From positions 159,402,001-159,466,000 of the forward strand of contig CM075978.1 of the NCBI GenBank assembly GCA_038087875.1: a stretch of 64,000 bases of DNA, written 5' to 3'. The position numbers were made by a program, and so were the translations under genes. Below, one piece after another: positions 13,161 through 25,679 of the stretch. Position 1 is the stretch's first letter; each line of letters starts with the position of its first letter. Below the pieces are notes generated by a model, which saw only the letters and a program-made list of their open reading frames with translations, ran no database searches and was not told the DNA's origin. This DNA comes from Malacoraja senta (taxonomy: Eukaryota).

Positions 13161-13850
13161 TCCTGTGAGTAGTTCGCGAATTGGTTCACGAGAAGGGAAG
13201 GAACAAGGTTTTACATCTCCTGTGGTCGTGTGAGAAAGTGGCATGGGAAGAATGTTGGTGGAGAGGGAAGAGCGAAGGGAGTTCATTTTCGAACAATGAA
13301 AGGGGGAGAAAGGTGGGAGAGCGGCAGAACGGACAAAGTGAAGGGAGAAGAAGAAGCAGCAGCTGTTGAGAGGGGAGGGAGCCCCACCGTGACCAAGTGT
13401 GTCCAGCCGGCAGCTGAGGCTTGAAGAAAGCACTGTCCCCAGAGGCTAAACGCAAGCCGCAACAACAGCTGCACTAACCAAATCACGCAACGGGGGAAAA
13501 AGCACCTTGTGAACCCGGGGTTACGTCGGAAGTCGGGGCTGGGGAGGCCATGCGAGTCAAGATGGCTCCGGCAGGTCCGTCCGCTATAACCAAAATCCGT
13601 TAAAAACGGGTCCGTGAAAATGAGTGTTTACTGTAATTAAAAATAAATCTAGACATATGGATATCTGCAATAAAACAGAAAATACTTGAAACATTTGGTA
13701 GATCAGGCAACTTCAATGGAAAGAGAAACAAGATTAAGTTCCGAAATTGAAGAATCGTCACAAGAAAAGCGAGAAAAGATAGTTTTAAGTGGCAGAGAGA
13801 GTGTATAGGACAAGCAATGAATCTTCTTGTGTATGGTGTGCACAGCCTGA

Positions 13851-14292
13851 AGGGCCTGTCCCACTTGCATGCGATTGCGTGCGTTTGGCGCGACCAAACG
13901 GAAGCGGAGTTCGCGCGTGACGTCATTTGCGTCATGCTTACCAATCAGCTGGGCAGGAGGCGGGCCGACTGAATTTGGGCGTCACACAACGTCGGGCGGT
14001 GACGTCATCAAGCAACGCCACGCCGGGCGGTGATGTCATCGCACAACGCCACGCGCTAGGCGTACGCCATCAAGATGCCGCAATGCCCCTGCCTGCCGAC
14101 AGGCTGTTGGCGCGTGAAGATTTTGGCCACTGCCAGAATTTCGGAGCCCCGCGCGATGTCAGGACCAGCCCCGCACAACTCCGCGCTTCTAAGTGGGACC
14201 GGCCCCGCGCGGCTATAGGGTGCCCGTACGCCCCAAGCGACCACGAGGTCGCGTAATTTGCGATCCAAGGTCGCGTAAGTGGGACAGGCCCT
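13851..14292. mobile_element. PIF/Harbinger-type MITE, CpG-rich
   Basis: TIR AGGGCCTGTCCCACTT / AAGTGGGACAGGCCCT; flanks tga / tta. Confidence 0.85.
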
Positions 14293-14346
14293 TTAAGTTG
14301 TAGGTCAACTTGTTCTATTTGAACTTTTGTTTGTGCATGTCGGGTT

Positions 14347-14399
14347 GATTTCATTAGTCAAAACAGGGTGGACCACGTGAAGGTTGCAATCTCCCACCC
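14347..14399 (-). ncRNA. Minimal HDV/CPEB3-like self-cleaving ribozyme motif
   Basis: GGGUGG GA GAUUGCA ACC UUCACGU GGU CCACCCU GU UUUGA CUAA UGAAAUC = P1-J1/2-P2-P3-L3-P3-P1-GU-(P4 stub)-J4/2-P2. Confidence 0.8.
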
Positions 14400-15308
14400 A
14401 AACAATGAATAGGAGCAATGAATAGGAGAAAAGTAGTATATTTAACAGGGGAAAGTCATGCTTGCCACATTGAAACATTATTTATTAAGACTTGTGGTTG
14501 ACAGATTAATGAGAATAGTTAGAAAGAGGGAAAACCAACAAAGGAAGACGTGAAAACTGTGAAATACACAGATCAGCTGATACAGAGAACAAAATGAAGA
14601 ATGCTGGAAATGCATACAGATAGGTCAAAGTGGGACTGAGGAGAATTGAAGTAACAAGTAACTGGAAGATTAAGATGGTCACTGCAGACTGCAATATTAG
14701 GTACGCAGATTACTTTGCTACAATATTAGGTAATTTACTTTTTCTGTTTGTATAGGAACAAGCTATTTCTGCTGTTCATCTGTAATATTAACTTTATTTT
14801 TTTTCTCTGTGCGGATACTACCTAATCTTCAGAGCATTTCTAGAAGTGAGAAGAGGCTTCAGATCTCAGCAACAATTCTATCGTAGTTTTAACAGCTTTT
14901 ACGTGTCCCTCTATTTGTGTTCTTTCTATCTGGCTTCATTAATCTATTAACCAGGCTGCTTCGTGAACTGTGATCACTTTGGCAAAGCTGGTATTTCCTT
15001 TGATCTATCCTTACCACCCGAACTCTTTCTGCAACTTAAAACTGCCCTGTTTTCCCAGGGAAAGTTAACTGTTTCTCATTCCACAGATGTTTGGAACCTC
15101 CTGAATATTTTTGTAATTTCCTCTTTTAATTTGTTTTTCCAATACCCATTTATTAAATGATTTAGAACATGGTGTAAGGGACTTGCATACATACAAAATG
15201 GCTGTTTATTAAAGAAAAAGCTAATGGCTTTGAATGGGAAGACTTATGTAAATTATTATGAGTTTGAGCAGAATCGCTATAAATGATGTAATTGTTGTTT
15301 GCTTGCAG

Positions 15309-15481
15309 AGTTGACTGTGTGGGAATATTAAAGCTCAGGAATGCTGATGTTGAAGCACGCATTGGCATTGCAGGATCCAAAAAGAAAAGCACTCGTGCAC
15401 GATTGGCGTTCCGAGTAAATATTGTTCGTGCAGATGGGTCTATTTTAACTCTGCAGACGTCTTCTTCATCCATCCTCTGCA
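15309..15481 (+). CDS. NFAT5: NFAT5 coding exon, RHD
   Basis: ttgcag| acceptor, A|gtgagt donor; [38 protein letters not shown]. Confidence 0.97.
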
Positions 15482-16519
15482 GTGAGTGATTTTTTTCCTT
15501 TTAACTGCTTTGTTCTTTTTTGGACATCTAATTGCCTGCCACAAAATGGATGCTAACATCTTTGAATGCCCCAAATATTTTTCAGATCATTATTCTGAAA
15601 ACAATGATTCAGAATCATCCAATATTTGGCAGCTTTTATTATATGCACCTTATTGCAAGATGCTGCAATTGCTGTCTCACTGGTCATCACATACCTCAAG
15701 GCTTTTGGAGATCGATGTACACACAAATGATGGCCATAATGCCCTTCCACTGAAACGTCCTTGGAGTTGGCCTGTGGCTGCCTTGTAGAGAGATCCTGAG
15801 AGGTTTAACCATCTGACCTGTGATCAGCGATGCATTGACTAAGCTTTTCATACATTTCCCAGGGAAACATGTAATCGTAGACTCGCCACACCATTCACAG
15901 TAACAAATAAAACATTGTACCTCAAAGAACTTCATTTTCACTTAAACGTTTATTTGTGGAGGCCAGATTTGGCTCCATTGTTGCATGCAACATTATTTTG
16001 ATGCACCTAAATGGGTCCAATATAATTTCTGGGCACATATTATCCTGGATTGAGAGAACTTGGTATTGTTCAGTAATTCTGAAGAATGTGCAAATCTTCT
16101 ATCTATAGAATAATGGCATTGTGTTTAATCAATTACAATTAGACTGCTTACTAATAGACTACTATTTAAAACTAATTAAAAGTATGAAGGTGCCAAAATA
16201 TAATTTTAGAATGGTGGTGACACTGCATCTGGAGTAAATAATGATGGTAATAAAAATAATGATGGTTAGGTTGGAATCATTTGTTAAGTAGCTTATTAAA
16301 TTGTGACTGAAGAGTGGGAAGATAATTTTCAGAACTCATGTATGAAGGAAATTGATACCAGTCTTATGTTGTGTATTTCCTATGGCCATGCCTGCTTTCC
16401 AACATGATCTCTATCATGCAATATATGACCCCTTCCTGTGTCTCCATCCCAGTACTGTCTGCTCTTTTGCATGTTAAATTACTGTTATGTACTGAAGACT
16501 ATATGGAAGACATATTTTG

Positions 16520-16810
16520 TTTAGTTAAGAAACAGCGTGGAAACAGGCCCTTCAGCCCACAGAGTTCATGCCAATCGATGATATGTTGATACCAGTTCTA
16601 TGTTATCCCACTTTCTCATCCACTTCATGCATACCAGGGGCAATTTACAGAAGCCAATTAACCTACAGACCTCAATGTCTTTGGGATGTGGGAGGAAACC
16701 GCAAAACCCAGAGGAAACCCATGTGTGCTCGCACATAGATAGCACCCAACATCGGGATTGAACCTGGCTCTGACACTGTGAGGAAGCAGCTCTACCAGCT
16801 GCTCCATGTG
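16520..16810 (-). mobile_element. HE1-type SINE
   Basis: ggaaacaggcccttcagccc...gggattgaacctgg...gcagctctacc. Confidence 0.8.
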
Positions 16811-16899
16811 TTGTATGTTACTAAACGGTGTACTTAATGGATGTGAGAGAGGCAAATGCATGTGATGGCAGTGGACAATTGGACAAATCTGGATTATTG

Positions 16900-17520
16900 T
16901 TATCGAGTATAGGCTTATTCTGGGCTTTGCAGGAAAAAAGTCAGTGATTAAAATTGTGCTCGAGCAGCTACAAGAAAGTGCTGGAGGTAGGTGAATAATA
17001 AAGGTACCTGAGTTGAGTGTAAATAAGAGGAGTTGAAAGAAATGTGAAATTAATGGACTAGAAAAAGCAAACTTTGAATGCAGGAATTATGAGATGCAAG
17101 GCTCTGAAATTATTGAAGTCAATTTGAGGCTGTAATGTGTCACAATAAAGGATAATGTTCTGTTCCTCAATCCTACACTGAGTGTCATTGAAACAGTGTA
17201 GAGGGCTGAAGACAGGTTAGAGCAGAATTATGAAGGAAAATTAAAGCATCAGGCAATTACCTTGGCAGGATGAATGGAGCCACTCTGCAAAAAAAAAACC
17301 CAAAGAGAACATTGTGAGTATTGAACACATTAAATTAAATTGGAAGAAATGCAATATTGTTTGATCTGGAAAGTGTTTGTGTCCCTGGAGAGCAGAAAGA
17401 GAGGAGATAAAAGAGCAAATATTGCATTTCTTGAAGTTGTGCAGCGTTTGAAAAATTGGTAGAATAGAATGCAGTCCTTACAGGAAGCAGAGTAGAGGGA
17501 ATGTAGAATATTAACTGGGA
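16900..17520 (-). mobile_element. Old Penelope-like remnant
   Basis: Eroded similarity to 27300-27700 (tgttcctc...cactgag...cattgaaacagtgtagaggg). Confidence 0.45.
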
Positions 17521-19239
17521 GTCTGTGGATCTCAATTGCTAACCTATCCCCAAAAATGCAACATTACCTTTCAGTTGGTGTATCCAAGCACTTGTTACAA
17601 ACAGTGATTTACAAATTACCATATAATCCATTTACCTATGGGCGAAATAATCCATAGGAATTACAGTTTTTTATTTGCAAGGGGAAAATTAGATATTTTA
17701 TATCATTTATAGTGTGGTAAATAATTCTGCTAGAAAGTTCCTTGTTTTTTAATTAGTTGCTGACCAAATATCTAAATAGTCAACAAATTCAGCAGCATAT
17801 TCAAGTTCAAAGCTCTGATGCACGGTGAAAATAGATAATAATAATATTAAATTCCTTGGAAGGTCAAACATTATTATAATAAAGTGGATTGAAACTAATG
17901 AAAAGGAAATTGTTTAATTATTCATTGTTAACTTACTATAACTATTTCTTTAAAGATGTTGCTTTTCATATAATGACACAAAACATGGACCTGGATTTAA
18001 CATTTGAAGGAAATCTGTAGTATTTATTGTCTGTTAAATGTTAACTAAGTAACAATATTTCCTGTGCATCGTACCTAGAATAAAACACATGGTGCATGCC
18101 TTTGGAATTTAAATAGTTTAATTAATGCCTGTAGGTATTACCATTCATTTATAGCGGAAAGAAAAATAGTTTCATGTCGGCTATTTGCATTTAGTATTTG
18201 CAGCTCAAAGCTCAAGAATAGTATTGAAGTTTAATCATCCATCCCCATGACCAATTTAATTCTCCCAATAACCAAGATACAGAATAAAATAGTGTTGTTG
18301 GCTCTCTTTCAGTTTTAAGAACTGACTTGCAATGAACAGCCATCCAGTTTGTTCTGTTTTTTACTATGGTGTTACTGTGAATCAAGGACTTGCCTTCCTT
18401 AGTTTCATAAGTACTTTTAAGATGCATGTGATATATTCTTGAATTGTAATATGAGAAAAGTAGCTTAATATGTTGTATATTTATTTGACTTTGCAAATAT
18501 TCAAACAATGTACGGATGTGGAGCTCTAGCATGATGTACTTGCATCATTTACATTATTTACTTAGTTACAATCTTATGTGCACAGCCTTGCTCACAACTG
18601 AGTTTATATTGACTCAAATCATTATTTACACATGCTTACACAAATCTGTACCATTTAAATATCGAGAAAATATTGTCGGTCAGTTTTTTCCCTCCCATGC
18701 AACATTTTTCTCTTTCAAAAGATGTTGACATAGCATAAAACTTCCCTACAATTATATAAATTTGGTCTTTTTTTAATTGAGTATGCTTTTCTGTGTGGTA
18801 CCTATGCTCAGTAAATTGATGAATTTGGGTGCTTTCGTTATCATTGTCCATTCTATTGACCTAGATGGTTGCAGAGCATGACCTTGAGCCACAGTTTGTT
18901 TGTCTCATTATTCTCAAGCTCCTAATTCTGCTGCTATTCAATTTTGAGTTCCACTGATGCACTCTAGATTCTCAAACGGAGGTGTTTAGAAAAATGCTAT
19001 CAAAGGAATTCAATTTCAAACATGTCAGAAAATAGGCAGAACATTTTTAGCAGGATCTTCTGCTGGTTTGAAGTAAGTGACTAAATAATCTGTCTGTGCA
19101 TTGTTATTTAAAGGATTCATTTGACCAATGTCAGAAGAATGTACTTCCTTTATTTGTAATGTTATTCTTTAAAAAAAAATCTGATAGAGTAGAATTTTCT
19201 CGGTTGAATCTCTGATTTGAAAATTGACTCATCCAATGT

Positions 19240-19340
19240 TAAGCACTCCCTCAATACTGCACTGAAATGTAAATTTAGTTATGGTTTTGGAGTGAGGTTT
19301 AAAATCATACTTTTATTCAGAGGCAAGAGTGCTGCTACAG
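19240..19340 (-). mobile_element. DeuSINE (SacSINE1-like) 5' fragment
   Basis: gcactccctcaatactgcactg...ggagtg...tcagaggcaagagtgct resembles the recalled consensus. Confidence 0.5.
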
Positions 19341-20117
19341 TTCTCAAGTAGATTGAATATGTCCTTGCGTGAACTACTGTTAAGCTAACATAAGCATGTT
19401 TAAAAAAAATCATAACTGCTGTTCCTGAGAGGAAATATTATTTCTACACCTTTTAGAATTTAGATTTGGTAGAATAAGGAATTAAATTTGTTCGCATTAT
19501 CATACTTGTTTCATTTCTCCCCTTGGTTCATGGTCAGTAAAATCATTTTTAAAACCCTAAAGCCATTTAATGTTTCCTGAAGATTAGACGCAAAGTGCTG
19601 GAGTAACTCAGCGGAATAGGCAGCATCTCTGGAGAGAAGGAATGGGTGATGTTTTGGGTCGAACAATGTTTGCCTACATTGATTATAATGTTAACCTTAT
19701 AAAACAGACACTAATAATTTAAAATTGAAGCCATTTTAATGTATTCATCTTAATCCTTGATAATCCGAAATTAGTCTAAGAAAAAATAACTATTGCCATT
19801 TTAAGTTTAATCACAGTGCATATTTTCAAGATGATGCATCATGCTAAGAAATTAAGCATGAAAATCTTAAGAAACAATATGTGAGGTGTCTGTATGATCT
19901 ACTTGGTGTACATGTAAAGTTAAAAAGTAATAATTTACTTTGCTTTTTTGTATAGATTTCTCATTTAGAAATAATTGAACATTTTAAGCACAAGATAATC
20001 TTATTCCCATTTTGTACTGCAATTTGCAAAATCCTTCGGAATTTTCATTTTGTCTCAAAGTTCATGTACACATTTCATAGATTAGAAACTGATTTCGTGT
20101 TTCTTTTTTCATTAAAG

Positions 20118-20252
20118 CTCAACCAGCAGGAGCACCTGAGATATTGAAAAAAAGCCTACATACTTGCTCAGTGAAAGGAGGTGAAGATTTATTTCTGATT
20201 GGAAAAAACTTTTTGAAAGGCACAAAAGTTATTTTTCAGGAAAACAATTCAG
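20118..20252 (+). CDS. NFAT5: NFAT5 coding exon, IPT domain (not in ORF track)
   Basis: attaaag| acceptor, G|gtgaat donor; [45 protein letters not shown]. Confidence 0.96.
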
Positions 20253-23193
20253 GTGAATTAATTATTTGAGTAGTCTGGCATTACGATAAACCATCAAAAC
20301 TGTATATGCATAATGTGAATGGGATTAGTGGTTAGCTCCATTTCATGTTAAGTGGTTCAACCATTTTTTCAAACAAACAACTACCTCCAGGCATATTCGT
20401 TTTTTTTATAATGGTGTCGGCAACTGCAGATTGCATGTTACACCATGCTTTAATATGATTTCAAACTGTCCAGTGCAACAACGTATGTACGCATAATACA
20501 GCATAATACTAATTATATAAGTTGTATAATGGGACACCACAGAAAACAAGCCACCAGTTGACTGAGCCTGTGTATTTGGCTTCAGAATAGTGTCTCTACT
20601 TATTTTGCAGTAAAACTTGAATTCAGGTGTGTAATTGCTACAATCTTTTTTACTCAGAAATTAGCAGTTTCTAGTTCTATTCTACTACATGTTGAAAACG
20701 AAGTCTACAAAACAAAGAATAAATCATTTCAAATCCCTTCAAATTCAAATTATGGAGATTTTTTTCTCAAATAATATTGTATACATTTATTAAAACTACA
20801 TATGGCAGTTAAAATGATAAACTACCATACAATGCCATACAACATCAAGATGTTTTTAATAAAGATTTAACTTGAATTGTAAGTTGTCTTTGTAAATCTG
20901 TGCAAATACTTAAAATTCAGTTTAGTTGATTTAAATCAAGTCATTTTTAAAAGGAGTAGGCAATTAATGAATCCAATCTAGAACTACTTTTGCAGAATAT
21001 GAGCTTCATTTGTTTAACATTTCCAATAAATTATCTCTCCCTAACAAATGCTACACTCACGTATGGTATGGAAAGAGTTGAATAATTGATTTATGGCTAC
21101 TTTCTATATATCTGGTCAAATATTCAAAGATTTTTCTTATAAATTATCCTGGTTTTTAATGCTTTCAAAGGCAAAAGTTTCATATGTTCTTGTGGATTAA
21201 ATTAAAATTGTAAGCTATTAGCTCCAGGTGATACTAAAACAGGTTTATAAGCAGTTTGCATTTGAATGAACAATAAATTATGAATAAAACAATGCAAGGT
21301 CATTTGTAACTTGCTTTTAAGGGTTTGAAATGGTTAATGTTATATTTAACTAAGAGTTTCCAGAAAAATCCCCCATATTTTCTTCAGTGATATTTACATA
21401 GCATTTTATCAGATTGCCACATCTCAGTGCACACATTTTTTTCTGAGGTACAAGGCCTGTTGCTCACATAGACAAACATAGTAAGGACTCCATGCCTGCA
21501 AGATCCAGTAAACAGCAATACACAATCTTTTTGTGTATTTTACTGAAGAAGGGCAAACTGATTTCCTTTAAACAGTGATCATAGGATCTTAATACACTTG
21601 ATAAACTGGAGCCAATGATCTTTCTCAATTTAATATTTAATTTAAAGGATGGCATTTCAATAATTTATCACTCACTGAAGTTGATGTGATACAATTCTGC
21701 AATATTCTTAACTGGAAGATACTGAACTGAGACATCCTAATATACTGGATCGTCTTAGTCATGGTAATATGAGCAAATATCAAAGGGAAATGGGTGAGGT
21801 GGAGAGGGATGGTGAAAAAGAATGAACTATTTGCTGTCCTGTGGTTCCAGAAAGAGTTCATGACTGGAAAATTTAGCAAAGAGTTAATCTTTCTAAAGGT
21901 AAAATTATCTGGAAACAAAACTGAATTAATTTTAAAATAAACTGTAGATGAAAAAAACTCAACTGGTCAAGCAACATCAATAGAAAAAAAATCAAAGTTA
22001 ATGTTTCAAGTTAAGGACCTTTGACCAGGCAAGGGGCATCTAGAAAACAGCCATGTTTTAAGAAAAGACACAAGGAACTGCAGATGTTGGAACCTTGAGC
22101 AAAACACAAAGTGCTGGAGTAACTCAGCGGGTCAGGCAGCAGCTGTGGAGGCGACGTTTTGGGTTGGGACCCTTCTTCAGACTATGTTTTAAGTTGCAGA
22201 GAGTGGGAGGGATTGGGAGAACAAATAGAATGTCAGTGATAGAGTGGGCACTGAGAGAGATGGAAATGATGGAGCTGAAGATGGTACTGCTGGAGAGGGT
22301 TTGCTAATTGCAGGGGAAGAGATAAAAAGGTGATTGAGAACAGAAAAGAAGGTAAACAAAATATGTTGTTTGTATAAGATGCAAACAAGTTCTCCTGAAA
22401 CTCAACTCCCACCAAATCGAGGTAGCAATCGACATGTTCAGAATTATGCCTGCATCTTTGTGGAAAGCATGGAAATGCCCATGTTTCAGCCCTACACTGG
22501 CTCCCTCTTCTCCTCTTTTATCAGTATATTGATCATTCTATTGGAATTGTTAGTTGCTCGTATAAAATACAAAAGATATCTGCCAATTTCCATCCTATTT
22601 TCACTTCTGAAACGACTTTCAGCTGCATCTGATTTACTTCCAACTCTGCTGCTTTCTCCCCATGCAGACTACCCTCAGCCCCACCAGTGTCCATATCAGA
22701 CAGAACGTTTTCTGATTCACACCACTTTCAGTGTTACCCCACTACCACACATGACCATACATCTCCCCCTTGCATCCCTTTCATTTTAATTCTTTATCCA
22801 ACTCTCCCTCTCACCTTTTCATTGGTCCCCTTAAACTATTCCACAGAAGCTCAAAAAACACATGGAGTAAGAAAAAGTTCTATGGGAACTCAGTTGGTCA
22901 GTGTTCATACTATTGGGCTGTAAGCTACCCAACATTAATTACTTCAATTTTGAATATTGCCACCATCTCCCACCAACCAAGTTGCCCTTCTTCTTTCCCC
23001 TCCTCTGCATGCACATCTCCCATTCTGTCCCTGTCACCTTTATCCCTCCCTCTGGCTTTACATTTCACTCTTCTTTCCTTATCTGACACGCTTTTGTATC
23101 CTTTGCATCTTTAGCCTTTGTCACATACTCCACCCATCAGCCGATCAGCCTCCCCTCACCTGCATCTACTATCACAGTCGGGCTTTGTTCTAA

Positions 23194-23550
23194 AGGGCCT
23201 GTCCCACTGTACGAGGTAATTCAAGAGTTCTCCTGAGTTTTCCCCTGATTCGAACTCGGAGAATGTCCGTAGCGTGTCCGTAGGAGTTCGTGGATGTCGC
23301 GTAGCGGCTCGTACGAGTAAAAAGTAATCATTTTTTTCATCACGAGTATTTTTTTACTCGTGGACATTTTTCACAGTGTTGAAAAAACATCACGAGTTTA
23401 CCGGATTTCCCAAGTACCTACCGTTACTCGTACGAGCCGCTACGAGACATCCACGAATTCCTACAGACCCGCTACGGACATTCTCCAAGTTCGAATCGGG
23501 GGAAAACTCGGGAGAACTTTTGAATTACCTCGTACAGTGGGACAGGCACT
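23194..23550. mobile_element. PIF/Harbinger-type MITE (same subfamily as 52612-52918)
   Basis: Long TIR AGGGCCTGTCCCACTGTACGAGGTAATTCAAGAGTTCTCC; TAA on the left. Confidence 0.88.
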
Positions 23551-23654
23551 GTACTCTACCTCTCATTTCCAACTTTCTCCTCACTGCTCCACTCAATCTG
23601 AGGCAGTCCTGACCCAAAATGTCATGTCCATTACCTCCGCAAATGCTGGGAACT

Positions 23655-24985
23655 AAGACCAGTAAGCCTAACATCTGTGGTTCAAAAATTAGTGGAGAGG
23701 ATTCTGAGGGGTAAAATATATTTGGAAAGATGGGCTGAATAGGGATAGTCAGCTTGGTTTAGTGTGTGGCAGATTATGTCCCTATCAAATTTGATTCTGT
23801 TTTTTTTTAAAAATTAACCATGACATTTGACAAGGGCAGGACTGTAGGCGTAGTTTATGTGGACTTCAGAAAGGCCTTTCATAAAGTTCTACATGGTAGG
23901 CTACACAGGAAGGTTAGATTGCATAGGACCCAGAGAGAGCATGCTAACTGGATACATAATTGACTTCATAGTAGAACGCATGTGCGGTGATAGTTTTCCA
24001 GAAGAGGCAAGTGGCTCGTGGTATGCCTCAGGGATCAGAGCTGGGCCTATTGCTGTTTGTCATCATTGTCAATGATTTGGATGAGAATGTAGAGGGATGT
24101 TTAGTAAATTGTCAGTTGACATTAAAATTGGTAGAATTGTAAGCATTGAAATTGGTTATTGTAAATTAGTCTTTTCAGCTGGGCAAATGGGCTGAGGAAT
24201 GGCAAATGGAATTTAATTGGGTGTTGCATTTTGGTAAGTCAAATCAGGGCATGACTTTCACAATAGAAGGCAGGGCTCTGGGGAGTATTGTTGAACAGAG
24301 GTATCTCAAAGTACAAGTACATAGTTCCCTGAAAGTGGCATCAATGGTGGATAGGGTAGTGAAGATGCTTTTGGCATGCTGACCTTCACCAGTCAGGGAA
24401 TTGAGTACAGAGGTTGGGATGTTATGTTACTGTTGTACAATATGTTGGTGAGGCCACACTTGGAGTATTATGTTCAGTTTTGGTCACCCTGCTACAGTAA
24501 AGATTCAATTCAGATCAAAGGTATTGAGAGATGTTTTACGAGGTTGTTGCCAGGACTCTGAGGTTTGAGTTTTCGGGAAAGGTTGGCAGGCTAGGACTTT
24601 ATTCCTTGGAGCACAGGAGGCTGAGGGATGGTCTTAAAGAAATGTGTATAAAATCATGAGGAGAATAGATAGGGTGAATGAACAGAATTTCTATTTAATC
24701 AGGAGTAGGGGATTCAGGAAGCAGAGGCCATAGTTTTAAGGTTTAATAGGAATCGGAGAGGCACATTTTTCACTCAGAGGGTGGTGGGATTGTAGAATGA
24801 GCCACCGGAGGAGGTAGTTGAGGCAGGTACCATAACAGCATTTAAAAGATATTTGGACCAGTGCATGGATATTAAAGGTTTGGAGGGATATGGACCAAAC
24901 ATGGGCAAATGGGATTAGCTTAATTGGGACATCTTGATTGTCATGGACGAATTTGGCCGAAGGGCCTCTTCCATGATGTAAGGTT
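23655..24985 (+). mobile_element. Degenerate CR1 LINE (RT to 3' tail)
   Basis: LVRPHLEYYVQFWSP; tail ggccgaagggcct. Confidence 0.85.
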
Positions 24986-24987
24986 CT

Positions 24988-25073
24988 TGTACATCAGTGG
25001 AGCTGCATACTAAATCTCGTTGCACTGACGTGCAATGACAATAAAAGATATTATTATTATTATTATTATTATT
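24988..25073 (+). repeat. LINE-like 3' end with AATAAA and (TTA)n microsatellite tail
   Basis: gtgcaatgacaataaaagata followed by about 8 TTA units. Confidence 0.6.
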
Positions 25074-25192
25074 CTGAGAGTCAGCATGGATTTATGAATG
25101 GAAAATAATAAATGCTATCAAATCAACATACCAGGAAAACAAACTACTGTTAGATCTTATATTAACATTTTAATATTTCTGATTTTATGTAG

Positions 25193-25248
25193 ATGACGAC
25201 AATTCTTGGAAATCAGAAGCTGAAATAGACATGGAACTTTTTCATCAG
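25193..25248 (+). CDS. NFAT5: NFAT5 56-nt coding exon, IPT domain
   Basis: tatgtag| acceptor, CAG|gtgagc donor; DDDNSWKSEAEIDMELFHQ. Confidence 0.95.
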
Positions 25249-25679
25249 GTGAGCTTAAAGAGTTAAAAGCATTTTTTCATGAAAAAGGTGTTAACATTCA
25301 AATTTACTCTGCCTTTATGTTCTATAAAATACTGATCTTTCTTAACACTTTGTGGTTTTGCACATTTCCATCCTGTCATTTCTATAAAGTTGTGTGCAAA
25401 ATGCTTATGTAACCATATAATATATTTACTTTTGATTTCTTGCTTCCAAACTTTATCTTCAGTTTAGGTGGCATGGTGCCCTTGATTTTGTCAGTAGAGA
25501 TTTACAAAGTAGAAGACATCTAGGCCGACAATGGATGATGATAATAGTTAACATCAAACCTGACTTCCAGTCTTCACTGCACTAAGAGATTATTAGTTAA
25601 ATGGGAAAATAATGCCTTTTTATCTCGGCTGCAAATTAGTGCTTAGAAATTGGACGTATATGCATTAGTTAGATTACAC

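Larger units (their letters stand above)
13823..14399 (-). mobile_element. Short non-autonomous retroposon (~132 nt net) with HDV-like ribozyme head and (AAG) tail, split by a MITE
   Basis: 11-bp TSD aagcaatgaat (13812-22) / aaacaatgaat (14400-10), 1 mismatch; 3' end ...catacacaagaag. Confidence 0.75.

Noticed and set aside
22334-23193. Cluster of 60-150-aa ORFs as a novel gene
   Set aside because: Pyrimidine-rich decayed repeat sequence (Penelope-like) with no coherent protein motifs or splice structure
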